DNA of 64,000 nucleotides from an uncultured Treponema sp. (GCA_937923945.1 CALDWC010000014.1:435-64434); one strand, 5' to 3'. Shown: positions 21,015 to 32,121, counted from the stretch's first letter. Translations and numbers: made by a program. The notes: a model not told the origin generated them from the sequence alone.

Positions 21015-22247
21015 ATGAAAGTTTGGTTTAAATATTTAATCGGCATTATTCTTGGCATTGTGTTTACGATCGTCGCCGGAAACTCGAATACGGTTTTTGT
21101 GCAAGTGATTACGTTTTTATCCGATTGGGCTTTGCAAATCGGTCGATATGCGGCATATCCCATTTTGTTTTTTGGGTTTGCACTTGGCGTGTATAATCTA
21201 GCGGAAAGCAAAAAACTGATTCGGCTCTTGCTGTTTTGTTTTGTGTTTTCCGTTGCAGCGGCAATTCTTTTTTCCGCTACCGGTATTGTTTCATTTTTTA
21301 TTGCAAATCCGTCTCGCATTCCTATTTCGGTTGAAAACGCCGTGACGCTTCCGGAATTTCGTCTGACCAACTATTTGTCTGCGATTTTTCCGTCAAGTGC
21401 GTTTCAGTCTTTTACGGAAACGGTGTTTATGCTTCCGATTTGCGCCTTTGCATTTTTTGCCGGTATCGGCGCCGCGTCAATCGACAAGCAATTTTCAAAA
21501 CATACGTTGACGGTGTTTGATTCATTTGCACGCGTCGCGTATAGCGTTGTTGTTTTGTTTGTGGACTTTTATGCAATTTTAATGATCGCAATCACCGCGT
21601 CATGGACATTGCAATTTTCGGCTATGGTGCAGACGGGATTTTTCACCGATATGATTATCTTGTTGACGATTGATTTACTCGTTCTATTTTTCGGTATTTT
21701 TCCGTTGATTATCAAGCTCAGCTGTAAAGAAGTGAATCCCTATAAAGTTTTGTTTGCAGCGTTGGCAACATTTATGGTTGCATTTTTTTCCGGCGATGCA
21801 AACACCGCCTTCGTTACAAATCTGCGACACTGTCACGAAAGTTTGGGAATACGCCGTCGCGTTTCAAACGTTGCAACGCCGTTGTTGACGATTTTTGCAC
21901 GACCGGGAAGTGCAATGGTTTTAAGCGTCAGTTTTTTAATTATCTTTAAATCCTACTCAAGCAACAGCATGGGAATGCAGTCGCTTTTGTGGCTGCTGCT
22001 TTTATCGGTTGCATTTTCGCTTTTTTTGGGACAGTTTTCAAAGGGCGGCACGTATATTGCACTTGCGAGTATTTGTCTTTTTTTTGGAAGCGTGTATGAA
22101 CAGGGATATCTCATTTTAAAGTCGTCAGTGTTTTTTCTCGGTTCGATTGCAACCGCAATTGATGCGTTCACCGCAATGGTTGGTTCATATATTTTTGCGT
22201 ATCATGAAGATTTGATGCTGGAAAAAGATATGCGCTTTTTCATTTAA
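21015..22247 (+). CDS. Dicarboxylate/amino acid:cation symporter (DAACS/GltP)-like membrane transporter, divergent
   Basis: About 10 hydrophobic segments. The region GDANTAFVTNLRHCHESLGIRRRVSNVATPLLTIFARPGSAM parallels the GltPh HP2/TM7-8 region. Putative promoter TTGCAA-16-TATAAT upstream. Confidence 0.4.
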   Translation: MKVWFKYLIGIILGIVFTIVAGNSNTVFVQVITFLSDWALQIGRYAAYPILFFGFALGVYNLAESKKLIRLLLFCFVFSVAAAILFSATGIVSFFIANPSRIPISVENAVTLPEFRLTNYLSAIFPSSAFQSFTETVFMLPICAFAFFAGIGAASIDKQFSKHTLTVFDSFARVAYSVVVLFVDFYAILMIAITASWTLQFSAMVQTGFFTDMIILLTIDLLVLFFGIFPLIIKLSCKEVNPYKVLFAALATFMVAFFSGDANTAFVTNLRHCHESLGIRRRVSNVATPLLTIFARPGSAMVLSVSFLIIFKSYSSNSMGMQSLLWLLLLSVAFSLFLGQFSKGGTYIALASICLFFGSVYEQGYLILKSSVFFLGSIATAIDAFTAMVGSYIFAYHEDLMLEKDMRFFI

Positions 22248-23571
22248 GTTCGTAAATGCGAATTCTCGCATCTAAAAAATCGGAAAAGGCAAACGTTTTT
22301 CCGTCCGGTGAAAATGCCAAGCCGGTCGGTTGGTTACCGCCTTCGATGATATCGCATGTTTTAAAATTTTGTGTATCGATGATGTACACTTGTCCCATGC
22401 GGTACCCTGCGTACAAATAGCCTTTATCGGGATTGTTCGGTCCGCGGCACGATACGATGAGGTACCGCTTGTCGGAACTTAATACGATGGTGTTCGGGTT
22501 ATCATACACCGGAATTGTTGCAACAAGCGAATCATCAACGAGCGAAAACACTTCAATAATTTTTTTGCTCATATCCGACACGTATAGTAAATTACGCTTG
22601 TCGTCTTTTACGCAGTGCCGCTTCGCTCCGCGGACGCCCAGTGATTTTTTTACCGCAACGTCTTCAAGCGAAAATTTTAACACGTGTCCGGTCGAAGCGC
22701 CGCTTGCATCTTCGAACTCGGCAAAGTACAGTGTAGTGCCGTCAGCGGAAACTTCAATCCCACGCGGAACACGGGAAAGCGGAATTACTTTTTTTTCGCG
22801 GTAAGTATCCGGATCAATTACGCTGATATTTTTTGAAAGCCAATTTGAAAGATATACGTCATTCGTAACCGGATTATACGCGAGCACTTTGCTCCAGCTG
22901 CCCGAACTTTGAATCGTGGTGATATACGAAAAATCCTGTGCGGAAAAAACATGAACGCACGCGGTGGTCATTTGGCTGACCCAGATTTCTTCTTTGTGTT
23001 TGAGATAGAGTGATTCAACAAAGCCGCGCTGCTTTGCATATTTTTCAGGCGGGCGAATTAAGCGTGTCGTTCCGTTTTTGATATCCATCACTTGAAAGCC
23101 TTCATCGTCCAAAAGCGGAATGATGAGTGTGTCTTCGTTAATAAACGAAAGGCTTTTTGGTTTTGAAGCGCAATCAAATGCATTGACAAAACAGCAGCGC
23201 GAATTTATTTTATCAAGTGCAATAAAAATCGTGTATGGCTTGGTGCGGTGTTTCCGCTGCAATGAAAAAGATCTCGGTGAAATGCAAAACTCATAATCGT
23301 AGAGAAAAAACTCTTTTTGTAAAAAAAATATTTTCGGTTGATAACCCGTTTTTTCAATGCGAAGTTCCCGTGCATCGCGGTGAATATTTGCTTCGAACAT
23401 ACCGAGCGTTTTATCCTGCAAAATTTTTTTATACTTCACTTCCGTTCCATCAATAAAAAATTGTACCCCGTCGCAGGGTTGAACGAAAATATGTACCGTA
23501 CGATTTTCGTTATCACAAAAGCCGTACCGCGTTACAAGCAGTAAAACAACAAAGAAAATTTTATTTTTCAT
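22240..23571 (-). CDS. Secreted YVTN/beta-propeller repeat protein
   Basis: N-terminal signal MKNKIFFVVLLLVTRYGFC. Repeated ~40-aa units with the SxDGxxLY / SPDGKTFAFSD pattern. Confidence 0.5.
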   Translation of the reverse strand: MKNKIFFVVLLLVTRYGFCDNENRTVHIFVQPCDGVQFFIDGTEVKYKKILQDKTLGMFEANIHRDARELRIEKTGYQPKIFFLQKEFFLYDYEFCISPRSFSLQRKHRTKPYTIFIALDKINSRCCFVNAFDCASKPKSLSFINEDTLIIPLLDDEGFQVMDIKNGTTRLIRPPEKYAKQRGFVESLYLKHKEEIWVSQMTTACVHVFSAQDFSYITTIQSSGSWSKVLAYNPVTNDVYLSNWLSKNISVIDPDTYREKKVIPLSRVPRGIEVSADGTTLYFAEFEDASGASTGHVLKFSLEDVAVKKSLGVRGAKRHCVKDDKRNLLYVSDMSKKIIEVFSLVDDSLVATIPVYDNPNTIVLSSDKRYLIVSCRGPNNPDKGYLYAGYRMGQVYIIDTQNFKTCDIIEGGNQPTGLAFSPDGKTFAFSDFLDARIRIYELK

Positions 23572-23580
23572 AGCTCGGTT

Positions 23581-24951
23581 TTAAATGTTAATATGAACCC
23601 ATTTGCCCTGCTTGTATCGCACACTCATAAAGAGAAGACGCGATGCTTGATCGGATAAAACGCCGCACCAAATCCCGATGAGACCGAGTTGAAAATATCC
23701 GGTCAGTAAAAACGTAACGGCTGTCCGGATAATCATAACGCTGATGATTGAAACAAAGAGCGTATATTTTACATCGCCTGCGGCACGCAAACAACCGCCG
23801 AAAATAATTTGTGAAATTTGTGCCAGCACGATAACCATAATGAAACGGGAAATCATGGTGCCGTTTTTGATAATCTCGGGATTTTGTGAATGGAGACGAA
23901 AAATCCATTCTCCGGCGAAAAACAAAAAAATCGTCAGCCCAATGGAAATGATAAATCCTATTCGTTGACAAATTGAACCGAGATGTTTTGCCCGTTCTTT
24001 ATCACCGGCACCCAGTGCTTGTCCCGTTAATGCAACGGCGGCAACCTGCATACCGTCTGCAAACGCAAAACCCAAGCTCAAAATATTCATACCGATTTGA
24101 TGTGCCGCAAACAGAACCGTTCCCAAGCGGGCTGCCATAAACGCCGTTGCAACAAACCCGACCCGCATTGCAAGATTTTCCAGTATAATGCTGACAGCGA
24201 GATTGAATATGCTTTTGACGGTTTTCCAACTTGCATGAATTTTATTTTTAACAATAAAAGGCAGGTGTACAAAACTGATTTTTCTAAATAACGAAAGCAG
24301 ACTCATCACAAAAGCCGCCGCTGTACCGAGTACCGTTGCAAGTGCAGCTCCCGCAATCTCCAGACGCGGAAAGCCGAATTTACCGGTAATCAAAAGATAG
24401 TTACCGCAAATGTTTACCAGCGTCGAAATCAGATTAGTGGTAAACGCAATTTTGGTATTTCCGCTTCCGCGCTGTGCCGCATTGATAATAATTGAAACAA
24501 CATTAAAAAACATGCCACCCATAATGATGCGAAAGTACAGCGTGCTTGCATCGTGAGTATCCGCGTTGCTTCCCGCAACATGCAAAATAGGTTCAGCACA
24601 AAACACGGCGACTAAACTTAACACGACACAAAAAACAAGTGAAACAGCAAGTGCCGTTACCAGCGTTTCATTTGCGGAAATTCGGTCGTTCTGACCTTTG
24701 CGTCGTGCAACGAGAGCCGAAACTGCAACCGCGATTCCGAAATAAACCGTCATGAAAAAAAACTTCGGTTGATTCGTCAAGCCGATTGCGGCAACCGCAT
24801 ATTCGCCCAGTTCCGAAACCATAATCGTATCAATGATTCCGGCGAGTGCTATAAATAAACTTTCTAAAACGGCTGGAAGTGCAACTTTTATCGCTTCCTG
24901 CCATGTTCCTTTCAACTTATCCACATTAAATCCGATTTTATAAGTATACAA
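23581..24951 (-). CDS. MATE-family multidrug efflux transporter. The first codon is TTG, so the exact start is uncertain
   Basis: 12 TM helices. MATE-type N-terminal segment ALPAVLESLFIALAGIIDTIMVS. About 456 aa. Confidence 0.75.
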   Translation of the reverse strand: MYTYKIGFNVDKLKGTWQEAIKVALPAVLESLFIALAGIIDTIMVSELGEYAVAAIGLTNQPKFFFMTVYFGIAVAVSALVARRKGQNDRISANETLVTALAVSLVFCVVLSLVAVFCAEPILHVAGSNADTHDASTLYFRIIMGGMFFNVVSIIINAAQRGSGNTKIAFTTNLISTLVNICGNYLLITGKFGFPRLEIAGAALATVLGTAAAFVMSLLSLFRKISFVHLPFIVKNKIHASWKTVKSIFNLAVSIILENLAMRVGFVATAFMAARLGTVLFAAHQIGMNILSLGFAFADGMQVAAVALTGQALGAGDKERAKHLGSICQRIGFIISIGLTIFLFFAGEWIFRLHSQNPEIIKNGTMISRFIMVIVLAQISQIIFGGCLRAAGDVKYTLFVSIISVMIIRTAVTFLLTGYFQLGLIGIWCGVLSDQASRLLFMSVRYKQGKWVHINI

Positions 24952-25077
24952 CTTTGGAAAGTTTTACGCAAGCGAGATTTATTTTTATTTTTTTTTGCTG
25001 CATTAACGATTTTAAAATTGAATTGATTACTCGTGAGATATATCATCGCGGCAATTCTTGTGATTAATCGTGTCCTC

Positions 25078-25106
25078 TTGACTAATACTGCATCACAAAA
25101 TATAAT
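25078..25106 (+). promoter_or_regulatory. Consensus sigma70 promoter TTGACT-17nt-TATAAT upstream of flhA
   Basis: -35 at 25078-25083, -10 at 25101-25106, ATG at 25144. Confidence 0.45.
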
Positions 25107-25143
25107 AAAATTGTAAGAACTACGGAAATGGGATTGAAAAACT

Positions 25144-27279
25144 ATGGCGGATGATAAGAATTTTTTCGGTTTTAAAAACGATGCAAAGAAGGCGCGAGAT
25201 GCTTTTTTTGCAAAAAATAATTTTTTTACGCAAATAGCAGTGGCAATCGGTGTTATTACGATTGTCTTTATGCTGGTGCTGCCGATGCCGACTTTTTTGT
25301 TGGATTTTTTTATGGCGCTCAATTTTATTATCAGTGTCATTATTTTGCTCATCGTGCTATTTACCGAACATCCGACAAAATTTTCGGTGTTTCCGTCTCT
25401 CTTGTTGGTGATGACGATTTTCGGATTGACGATCAACGTAACTTCGACCCGTCTTATTTTGACGCAAGGGGCGAAGTTCAACGGCGCGATGATTAAAGCA
25501 TTCAGCTCGTTTGTGGTCGGTTCTTCGGGAACGGAGGGCTTGGTTACCGGCTTTGTTGTTTTTATTATCATTATTGCGGTGCAGGTGTTTGTTATCACGA
25601 AAGGTGCAACCCGAATTGCGGAAGTGCAAGCCCGTTTCAGCTTGGATTTTATTTCCGTCAAGCAAATGTCGATTGAAAACGAGTACAACTCGGGCGCAAT
25701 TTCGTTTGAAGAAGCGCAAGAAAAAAAGCAGCAAGTGCAAAAAGATGCGGACTTTTACGGCGCGATGGACGGTGCCAGTAAATTTGTTTCCGGTAACGTC
25801 AAGGTCAGTATTTTTATCACGATTGTGAATATCCTCGGCGGACTTTTAATCGGTGTGCTGATCCGCCATGAAGATTTTGCTTCCGCTATCGGTACGTATA
25901 CGCGGTTTACCATCGGCGACGGGCTTTTGTCGCAGCTTCCTTCACTTTTGATTTCCGTCGCTTCCGGTTTAATCGTAACGCGTTCGGCGGGAGCCGGTTC
26001 ATTCGGTGATGACATTTCCGATCAGTTTTCCAAAGAAGCGTCGGTGTATTTTATTGCGGCGGCTGTTCTAGCGATTATGGCGTTGCTGCCGGGTTTCCCG
26101 ACTATCATCCTCTTGCTCCTTGCGTTTTTAACCGGCTTTGTCGGTTGGCAGCTGCGGAAAAGCAATGCGGCGAAAGCGGCAAAGCAGGCTGCAGGTGCGC
26201 AAACCGCCGGTAAAGACGGTAACCTTGAAACGAAAGGACAGAGTGCTTCCGATGTCAGCCCGATTGTTCCGCTTGATCCGCTTTCGCTTGAATTAGGGTA
26301 CGGTTTGATTCCACTTGTTGACAAAGAAAAAGGCGCCGAACTTTTGGAACGAATTACGCGTATTCGGCGGACTTCAGCGTTGGAGCTTGGCTTGGTTGCA
26401 CCGCGGATTCGTATTATTGACAATATGCGTATTCAACCGGATGAGTACTGTTTTAAAATCCGCGGCGTGGAAGTTGCCCGCGGTCGCATCCGCATGGATT
26501 CCTATCTTGCGATTAACTCGGGCGATGTAACCGAAGAAATTCCGGGTGAGCGGACTTTGGAACCGGCATTCGGGTTACCGGCGATTTGGATTTCCGAAAA
26601 CAGTCGCGAGCGGGCTGAAATGCTCGGATACACGGTCGTTGATCCGCCTTCGATTATTGCGACGCACTTAACGGAAATTATTAAGCGAAATGCCGCAAAT
26701 ATCTTAGACCGCCAGATGGTGCAGGGTATTATCGATGCATTGCGAAAAGATTCGCCTGCCGTGGTTGACGATGTTTTAAAAGTTGCTAGCTTGGGCGAAA
26801 TTCAAAAGATATTACAGCAGCTTTTAAGCGAACAGGTTTCCATACGGAATACCGTGACGATTTTTGAAACAATTGCGGATTACCGACCGGTGACTTCCGA
26901 TATTGTCGCTTTAACCGAACGGGTTCGGCAAGCGCTCGGCAGGCAGATTTGCCTCCAATACGCGGACGAGCATAAAACGATTCACGCGCTGGTGTTAAGT
27001 CCCGAACTGACTGAAAAACTGATTTCATCTCGTGTTGACACGATTAACGGGCCGATGGTCGGCTGGGATACCGCTACACAGCATGCCTGGATTAAATCGC
27101 TGACGGATAGCTTTATCGCGGTACAAAAAGGCGGTTACATTCCGATTATTTTAACAACGGAAGAAACCCGCATTTTAGTAAAACGCTCCACGGAACGTGA
27201 GTTCCCGAACCTCGTGGTTTTGGCGGCGAGTGAAATTTCCAATGATGTCAGCGTTGAAGCTCTGGGCGAAGTAAAATAA
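25144..27279 (+). CDS. flhA: Flagellar biosynthesis protein FlhA (FHIPEP family)
   Basis: Collinear with E. coli FlhA across the N-terminal TM region (ITKGATRIAEVQARFSLD, DFYGAMDGASKFVSGN) and the large cytoplasmic domain. 711 aa. Confidence 0.9.
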   Translation: MADDKNFFGFKNDAKKARDAFFAKNNFFTQIAVAIGVITIVFMLVLPMPTFLLDFFMALNFIISVIILLIVLFTEHPTKFSVFPSLLLVMTIFGLTINVTSTRLILTQGAKFNGAMIKAFSSFVVGSSGTEGLVTGFVVFIIIIAVQVFVITKGATRIAEVQARFSLDFISVKQMSIENEYNSGAISFEEAQEKKQQVQKDADFYGAMDGASKFVSGNVKVSIFITIVNILGGLLIGVLIRHEDFASAIGTYTRFTIGDGLLSQLPSLLISVASGLIVTRSAGAGSFGDDISDQFSKEASVYFIAAAVLAIMALLPGFPTIILLLLAFLTGFVGWQLRKSNAAKAAKQAAGAQTAGKDGNLETKGQSASDVSPIVPLDPLSLELGYGLIPLVDKEKGAELLERITRIRRTSALELGLVAPRIRIIDNMRIQPDEYCFKIRGVEVARGRIRMDSYLAINSGDVTEEIPGERTLEPAFGLPAIWISENSRERAEMLGYTVVDPPSIIATHLTEIIKRNAANILDRQMVQGIIDALRKDSPAVVDDVLKVASLGEIQKILQQLLSEQVSIRNTVTIFETIADYRPVTSDIVALTERVRQALGRQICLQYADEHKTIHALVLSPELTEKLISSRVDTINGPMVGWDTATQHAWIKSLTDSFIAVQKGGYIPIILTTEETRILVKRSTEREFPNLVVLAASEISNDVSVEALGEVK

Positions 27280-27693
27280 TAAGCTTCGCTACTGTGACGC
27301 GAAAAGAGGATCGTCAAAACGACGCAAAAAAGTATCGTTTTTTTTGAAAAAGACTTGACATTTTTTTAATAATCTGATAGTATTGCCAAAATAAAGGGCA
27401 AATGCCCGGTGTCTTATGAAGTTCTGTGTAATCGTAAAGCAGTTGCAGGTTACACTGCAAAAATGGACTTCTTTAAGGATGCCAAACCAGTCATCGAAAC
27501 TGATAATTTGATGGTGATTAGGTGGATCCGAAACTACTCGAAACCCTATGAGTAGTTATTGTTCGTATTCTCTTTAGTTACCTTTCTTTTGGTTTCATGG
27601 CTATTTTGTGTTTCTCTCGTATCACTCGGGAGATAACTTTTAAATAAACCGATATTTTAATAAAATTAAGAATTTGTTTTATTGAAATCGGGT

Positions 27694-27737
27694 TTTGTTG
27701 TTAAAATATCGAATAGATACCGTGATTTAACAACAAA
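27694..27737 (+). promoter_or_regulatory. Perfect 12-bp inverted repeat TTTGTTGTTAAA-20nt-TTTAACAACAAA in the tuf leader
   Basis: Read directly. Lies 63 nt upstream of the tuf ATG inside a 520-bp intergenic region. Function unknown. Confidence 0.3.
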
Positions 27738-27799
27738 AGCACGTTGTGCTTCAGTTTCGTCATTTGGCGAAAAATGCCTAATCTATCAGGAGGATTTAA

Positions 27800-28987
27800 A
27801 TGGCAAAGGAAAAATTCAACAGAACGAAAGTTCACATGAATGTCGGCACCATCGGGCACGTTGACCATGGTAAAACCACACTTTCTGCGGCAATTACGCA
27901 ATATTGTGCAAAGAAATACAATGATAAAGCACTAAAATATGACGAAATTGACGTAGCTCCGGAAGAAAAAGCGCGCGGTATTACGATTAATACACGACAC
28001 TTGGAGTATCAGTCCGATAAAAGACACTATGCGCACATTGACTGCCCGGGACACGCAGACTATGTTAAAAACATGATCACCGGTGCGGCTCAGATGGATG
28101 GTGCAATTTTGGTCGTTTCGGCGCCGGACGGTGTTATGCCGCAAACCAAAGAACACTTGCTCTTGGCTCGCCAGGTTGGTGTTCCTTCCATTATTGTGTT
28201 CTTAAACAAAGTTGACCTTGTTGATGATGCGGAACTTTTGGAATTGGTTGAAGAAGAAGTTCGCGATGCTTTGGAAAGCTACGGCTTCCCGCGTGATACT
28301 CCGATTATCAAAGGCTCCGCTTTTAAAGCGTTGCAGGACGGCGCGAGCCCTGAGGATACCGCTTGTATCGAAGAATTGCTCCAGACTATGGACTCGTATT
28401 TCAAGGATCCGGTTCGTGATGATGCAAAACCGTTCTTGCTTCCGATTGAAGATATCTTTACGATTTCGGGACGCGGTACCGTTGTTACCGGGCGTATTGA
28501 GACTGGTGTTGTCAACATGAACGAGGAAGTTGAAATTGTCGGTATTAAACCGACTAAAAAAACCGTTATTACCGGTATTGAAATGTTCAACAAACTTCTT
28601 GATCAGGGTGTTGCAGGCGACAACGTCGGATTGCTGCTTCGCGGCGTTGATAAGAAAGAAGTTGAGCGCGGACAGGTTTTGGCAAAGCCGGGTACTATTC
28701 ATCCGCACACCAAGTTCGAAGCGCAGATTTACGTTCTTACTGCTGATGAAGGCGGTCGTCACAGCATATTCCGAACCGGTTACAGCCCGCAGTTCTACTT
28801 CCGCACAACCGATATTACTGGAAAAGTTTTCTTGCCGGAAGGTACGGAAATGGTAAAACCGGGTGACAACACCGCGATTATCGGTGAACTTATTCACCCG
28901 ATTGCTTTGAACCAAGGCTTGAAATTAGCTATTCGTGAGGGCGGACGCACCATCGCGAGTGGTCAGGTGACGAAAATTATCGAATAA
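27800..28987 (+). CDS. tuf: Elongation factor Tu
   Basis: [22 protein letters not shown]-motifs. 395 aa. Confidence 0.97.
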   Translation: MAKEKFNRTKVHMNVGTIGHVDHGKTTLSAAITQYCAKKYNDKALKYDEIDVAPEEKARGITINTRHLEYQSDKRHYAHIDCPGHADYVKNMITGAAQMDGAILVVSAPDGVMPQTKEHLLLARQVGVPSIIVFLNKVDLVDDAELLELVEEEVRDALESYGFPRDTPIIKGSAFKALQDGASPEDTACIEELLQTMDSYFKDPVRDDAKPFLLPIEDIFTISGRGTVVTGRIETGVVNMNEEVEIVGIKPTKKTVITGIEMFNKLLDQGVAGDNVGLLLRGVDKKEVERGQVLAKPGTIHPHTKFEAQIYVLTADEGGRHSIFRTGYSPQFYFRTTDITGKVFLPEGTEMVKPGDNTAIIGELIHPIALNQGLKLAIREGGRTIASGQVTKIIE

Positions 28988-28997
28988 GGATAAACGG

Positions 28998-29024
28998 CGG
29001 CAGGGCGATACCTTGCCGCTTTTG
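28998..29024 (+). terminator. Hairpin CGGCAGGG-cgata-CCTTGCCG followed by CTTTTGG between tuf and rpsJ (possible attenuator)
   Basis: 8-bp stem with one G:U pair, then a short U-run. Confidence 0.35.
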
Positions 29025-29032
29025 GAGAAATT

Positions 29033-29341
29033 ATGGCAGAAAATAAAATTCGCGTAAAGCTTCGTGGATTTGATGTAAAGTTAGTTGATCAAAGTGCTCA
29101 GTCAATAGTTCAGGCAGTTCAAAAAGCCGGTGCAAAGGTGTGCGGTCCGATTCCGCTTCCGACGCGAACGAACAAGTTTACCGTGCTTCGTTCACCGTTT
29201 GTAAATAAGAAGTCGCGGGAACAATTTGAAATGCGGACACATAAACGATTGATTGATATTTTGGAACCGTCCGGCGATGTAATGAATGCCTTAATGGCAT
29301 TGGAGCTTTCAGCCGGCGTTGATGTTGAAATAAAACAATAA
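29033..29341 (+). CDS. rpsJ: 30S ribosomal protein S10
   Basis: [21 protein letters not shown]...[25 protein letters not shown]. Confidence 0.95.
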   Translation: MAENKIRVKLRGFDVKLVDQSAQSIVQAVQKAGAKVCGPIPLPTRTNKFTVLRSPFVNKKSREQFEMRTHKRLIDILEPSGDVMNALMALELSAGVDVEIKQ

Positions 29342-29387
29342 TTAAGTGCGGTAGACGGCTCTGAAAAGAGTGCGTACCGAGGAGTAA

Positions 29388-30017
29388 ATGATGATTGGTC
29401 TTATTGGTAGAAAAGTTGGAATGACGCAAGTTTTTGATGAAGCGGGACGTTTAACTCCCGTTACGGTTATCGAAGTGCCGTCGAATGTCGTTCTTCAAAC
29501 TAAGACAAAAGAAAAGTTCGGATATTCGGCTGTTCTTTTGGGGACAGGTGAAAAAAAAGCGCATTTGGTAACAAAACCTGAAGCGGGTTTATATGTTGAA
29601 GGTTTAAAACCGGTGCAGCACAAGCGTGAATTCCGTAATTTTAGTAAAGAAGTTTCCGTCGGTGATAAAATTGGCGTTGAGCTTTTGGACAATGAACGGT
29701 ACATCGATGTAACGGCAATGTCGAAAGGAAAAGGTTTTCAGGGTGTTATGAAGCGCCACGGCTTTGCAGGCGGTCCTGCCGCGCACGGTTCAAAGTTTCA
29801 CCGTGTTGCAGCTTCAACCGGTCAGTGTACCAGCCCGGGGCGTTCTTTTAAAAATTCGAAAATGCCCGGTAGAATGGGTTTTGAACGGGTGACTGTTCAA
29901 AATTTGAAAATTGTAAAAGTTGACAAAGAACTCGGTGTTGTGATGGTCTCGGGAGCGGTTCCCGGCAAAAAAAACGCCACTGTGTATATAAAGTCAGCCG
30001 TTAAGAAGTTACGATAG
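29388..30017 (+). CDS. rplC: 50S ribosomal protein L3
   Basis: [16 protein letters not shown]-terminus. Position in the S10 operon. Confidence 0.95.
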   Translation: MMIGLIGRKVGMTQVFDEAGRLTPVTVIEVPSNVVLQTKTKEKFGYSAVLLGTGEKKAHLVTKPEAGLYVEGLKPVQHKREFRNFSKEVSVGDKIGVELLDNERYIDVTAMSKGKGFQGVMKRHGFAGGPAAHGSKFHRVAASTGQCTSPGRSFKNSKMPGRMGFERVTVQNLKIVKVDKELGVVMVSGAVPGKKNATVYIKSAVKKLR

Positions 30018-30027
30018 GAGAACAATA

Positions 30028-30672
30028 GTGATGCAAACAAAACTCTATTCAGTAGACGGCAAAGAAACCGGTACCGTTGAGCTTGATGATGCTGTATTCG
30101 GCTTACCGGTGAACGATGATGTGATTTATTATGCAGTAACGAACGAATTGGCAAACCGCCGAGTCGGAACGGCTTGTACAAAAGGTCGCAGCGAAGTTCA
30201 CGGTTCAAATGCAAAACCGTACAAGCAAAAGGGAACCGGTCGCGCAAGACGCGGTGATAAAAAATCTCCGATTACGGTAGGCGGCGGTACGATGTTTGGT
30301 CCGAAGCCGCGGGATTTCAGCTATGCAATGCCAAAAAAAGCAAAGCGACTCGCAATGAAATCTCTTTTGAGTAAAAAAGTGGCTGAAGATCGGCTATTTG
30401 TTTTGTCGGATTTTACATCGGACGGCAAAACAAAAAATTTGGCTCAGATTGTAAATAATTTTGCGAAAGATGAACGGGCGGTGCTTATCATTCATAATGA
30501 TGATCAAATGATCAAGCGAGCTGCTCGCAATATCCCTAATCTTTCATTGTTGAATTATGATCGCTTGGAAGCTCATACGCTTTTTTATGGTCGCAAGGTT
30601 TTAGTGTTAGAATCTGCTACAAAAAAGCTATCGGAGTTTTATGGTCCTTGTACAGAAGGGAGAACAAAATAA
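30028..30672 (+). CDS. rplD: 50S ribosomal protein L4
   Basis: Operon position. KGTGRARRGDKKSPITVGGGTMFGPKPRD motif. Confidence 0.93.
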   Translation: MMQTKLYSVDGKETGTVELDDAVFGLPVNDDVIYYAVTNELANRRVGTACTKGRSEVHGSNAKPYKQKGTGRARRGDKKSPITVGGGTMFGPKPRDFSYAMPKKAKRLAMKSLLSKKVAEDRLFVLSDFTSDGKTKNLAQIVNNFAKDERAVLIIHNDDQMIKRAARNIPNLSLLNYDRLEAHTLFYGRKVLVLESATKKLSEFYGPCTEGRTK

Positions 30673-30957
30673 ATGGAATATACGGATGTAATTATCGCAC
30701 CGCTGGTAACTGAAAAAGGTACGTATCTTCGTGAAGAGGGGAAATATATCTTTAAAGTTAATCCGATGGCTACGAAAATTCAGATTAAAGAGGCTGTTCG
30801 ACGTCTTTTTAATGTGAAAGTGCTGGATTGTACGGTGATGAATGTAAACGGTAAACCCAAACGTCTTCGATACAAGGCGGGTTCGACCCCTTCGTGGAAG
30901 AAAGCTATCGTAAAAGTAGCGCCGGGTGAAACGATTAAGATTTTTGAGGGCGTTTAA
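30673..30957 (+). CDS. rplW: 50S ribosomal protein L23
   Basis: 94 aa. Operon position. L23-like sequence. Confidence 0.92.
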   Translation: MEYTDVIIAPLVTEKGTYLREEGKYIFKVNPMATKIQIKEAVRRLFNVKVLDCTVMNVNGKPKRLRYKAGSTPSWKKAIVKVAPGETIKIFEGV

Positions 30958-30995
30958 GTAGTTGTTGCTTAGACGGATGTAGAGAGGAAGAGAAC

Positions 30996-31820
30996 ATGGC
31001 TCTAAAAGAATATAAACCGACGACCAGTAGCTTGCGCGGGCGGATTGATGTTCTGAAAACGGAAGTTACGCACAACAAGCCGGAAAAAGCGTTGACAAGC
31101 GGCAAAAAGTCTAACGCGGGTCGTGATACGTTCGGAAGAATCAGCGTACGCGGTCAAGGCGGCGGGCATAAGCGAAAGTATCGAAAAATTGACTTTAAAA
31201 GAAATAAGCATGGAATTCCGGGAACAGTTCATACGATTGAGTATGATCCGAACCGAAGTGCGAATATCGCATTGATTTTTTATGCTGACGGTGAAAAACG
31301 TTATATTTTAGCTCCGAAGGGCTTACGAGTTGGACAAAATATTATGAGCGGCGAAAATGCCAGCTTGGATGTTGCAAACTCGTTACCGCTTGAAGCAATT
31401 CCTGTTGGCTTTACTGTGCATAACATTGAATTGCAGTTGGGGCGCGGCGGACAAATGGCACGTTCTGCCGGAACGAAGGCTTTGATTGCGGCAAAAGAAG
31501 GCGAATACGTGACGTTAAAACTGCCTTCCGGTGAAGCTCGAATGGTGCATAAAAAGTGTTATGCAACAATCGGTGAAGTCGGTAATGACGACCACATGAA
31601 TGAATCGCTCGGAAAAGCGGGACGTTCACGCTGGCGCGGTAACCGCCCGAAAGTTCGCGGTATGGCAATGAACCCGGTTGATCACCCGCTCGGCGGTGGT
31701 GAAGGTGTCGGTAAGGGGCGAAACCCGGTAACTCCGTGGGGACAGCCTTGTAAGGGATATAAAACAAGGAAGAAGAGAAATCCTTCCAGCAGTTTTATTG
31801 TTTCACGCAGAAAGAAATAG
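30996..31820 (+). CDS. rplB: 50S ribosomal protein L2
   Basis: [23 protein letters not shown] motifs. Confidence 0.96.
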   Translation: MALKEYKPTTSSLRGRIDVLKTEVTHNKPEKALTSGKKSNAGRDTFGRISVRGQGGGHKRKYRKIDFKRNKHGIPGTVHTIEYDPNRSANIALIFYADGEKRYILAPKGLRVGQNIMSGENASLDVANSLPLEAIPVGFTVHNIELQLGRGGQMARSAGTKALIAAKEGEYVTLKLPSGEARMVHKKCYATIGEVGNDDHMNESLGKAGRSRWRGNRPKVRGMAMNPVDHPLGGGEGVGKGRNPVTPWGQPCKGYKTRKKRNPSSSFIVSRRKK

Positions 31821-31832
31821 GTGGAGGATTAC

Positions 31833-32114
31833 GTGTCAAGATCAGTAAAAAAAGGACCTTTTATTGAAAAGTCCTTGTATAAAAAAGTAACGGCTATGAA
31901 TAAGTCGGGCAAAAAAACAATGATTAAAACCTATTCTCGCTGTTCGACGATCATTCCTGAGATGGTTGGAACCACAATTTCCGTCCACAATGGCAAATCG
32001 TGGATTCCGGTTTATATAACCGAGAACTTAGTAGGACATAAATTGGGTGAATTTGCACCGACACGAGTTTTTAAGGGACATGCGAAATCGGACGCGAAGG
32101 TTGCAAAAAGGTAG
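31833..32114 (+). CDS. rpsS: 30S ribosomal protein S19. GTG start at 31833 preferred over the GTG at 31821
   Basis: [14 protein letters not shown]...[19 protein letters not shown] lies 4 nt upstream of 31833. Confidence 0.93.
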   Translation: MSRSVKKGPFIEKSLYKKVTAMNKSGKKTMIKTYSRCSTIIPEMVGTTISVHNGKSWIPVYITENLVGHKLGEFAPTRVFKGHAKSDAKVAKR

Positions 32115-32121
32115 ATGAATT

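Noticed and set aside
27280-27799. Expected tRNA genes (thr/tyr/gly) upstream of tuf
   Set aside because: No T-loop (GGTTCGAATCC-like) or cloverleaf-compatible sequence was visible by eye. Only hairpins were found.
28202-28915. 237-aa minus-strand ORF inside tuf. Similar antisense ORFs occur inside other genes: 3860-4823, 11645-12112, 15495-15986, 24912-25688, 32583-33179, 36937-37395, 43954-44469, 47256-48032 and 48779-49204
   Set aside because: They overlap strongly supported conserved genes on the opposite strand or in another frame. They are low-complexity and have no SD or motifs. They are reading-frame shadows.
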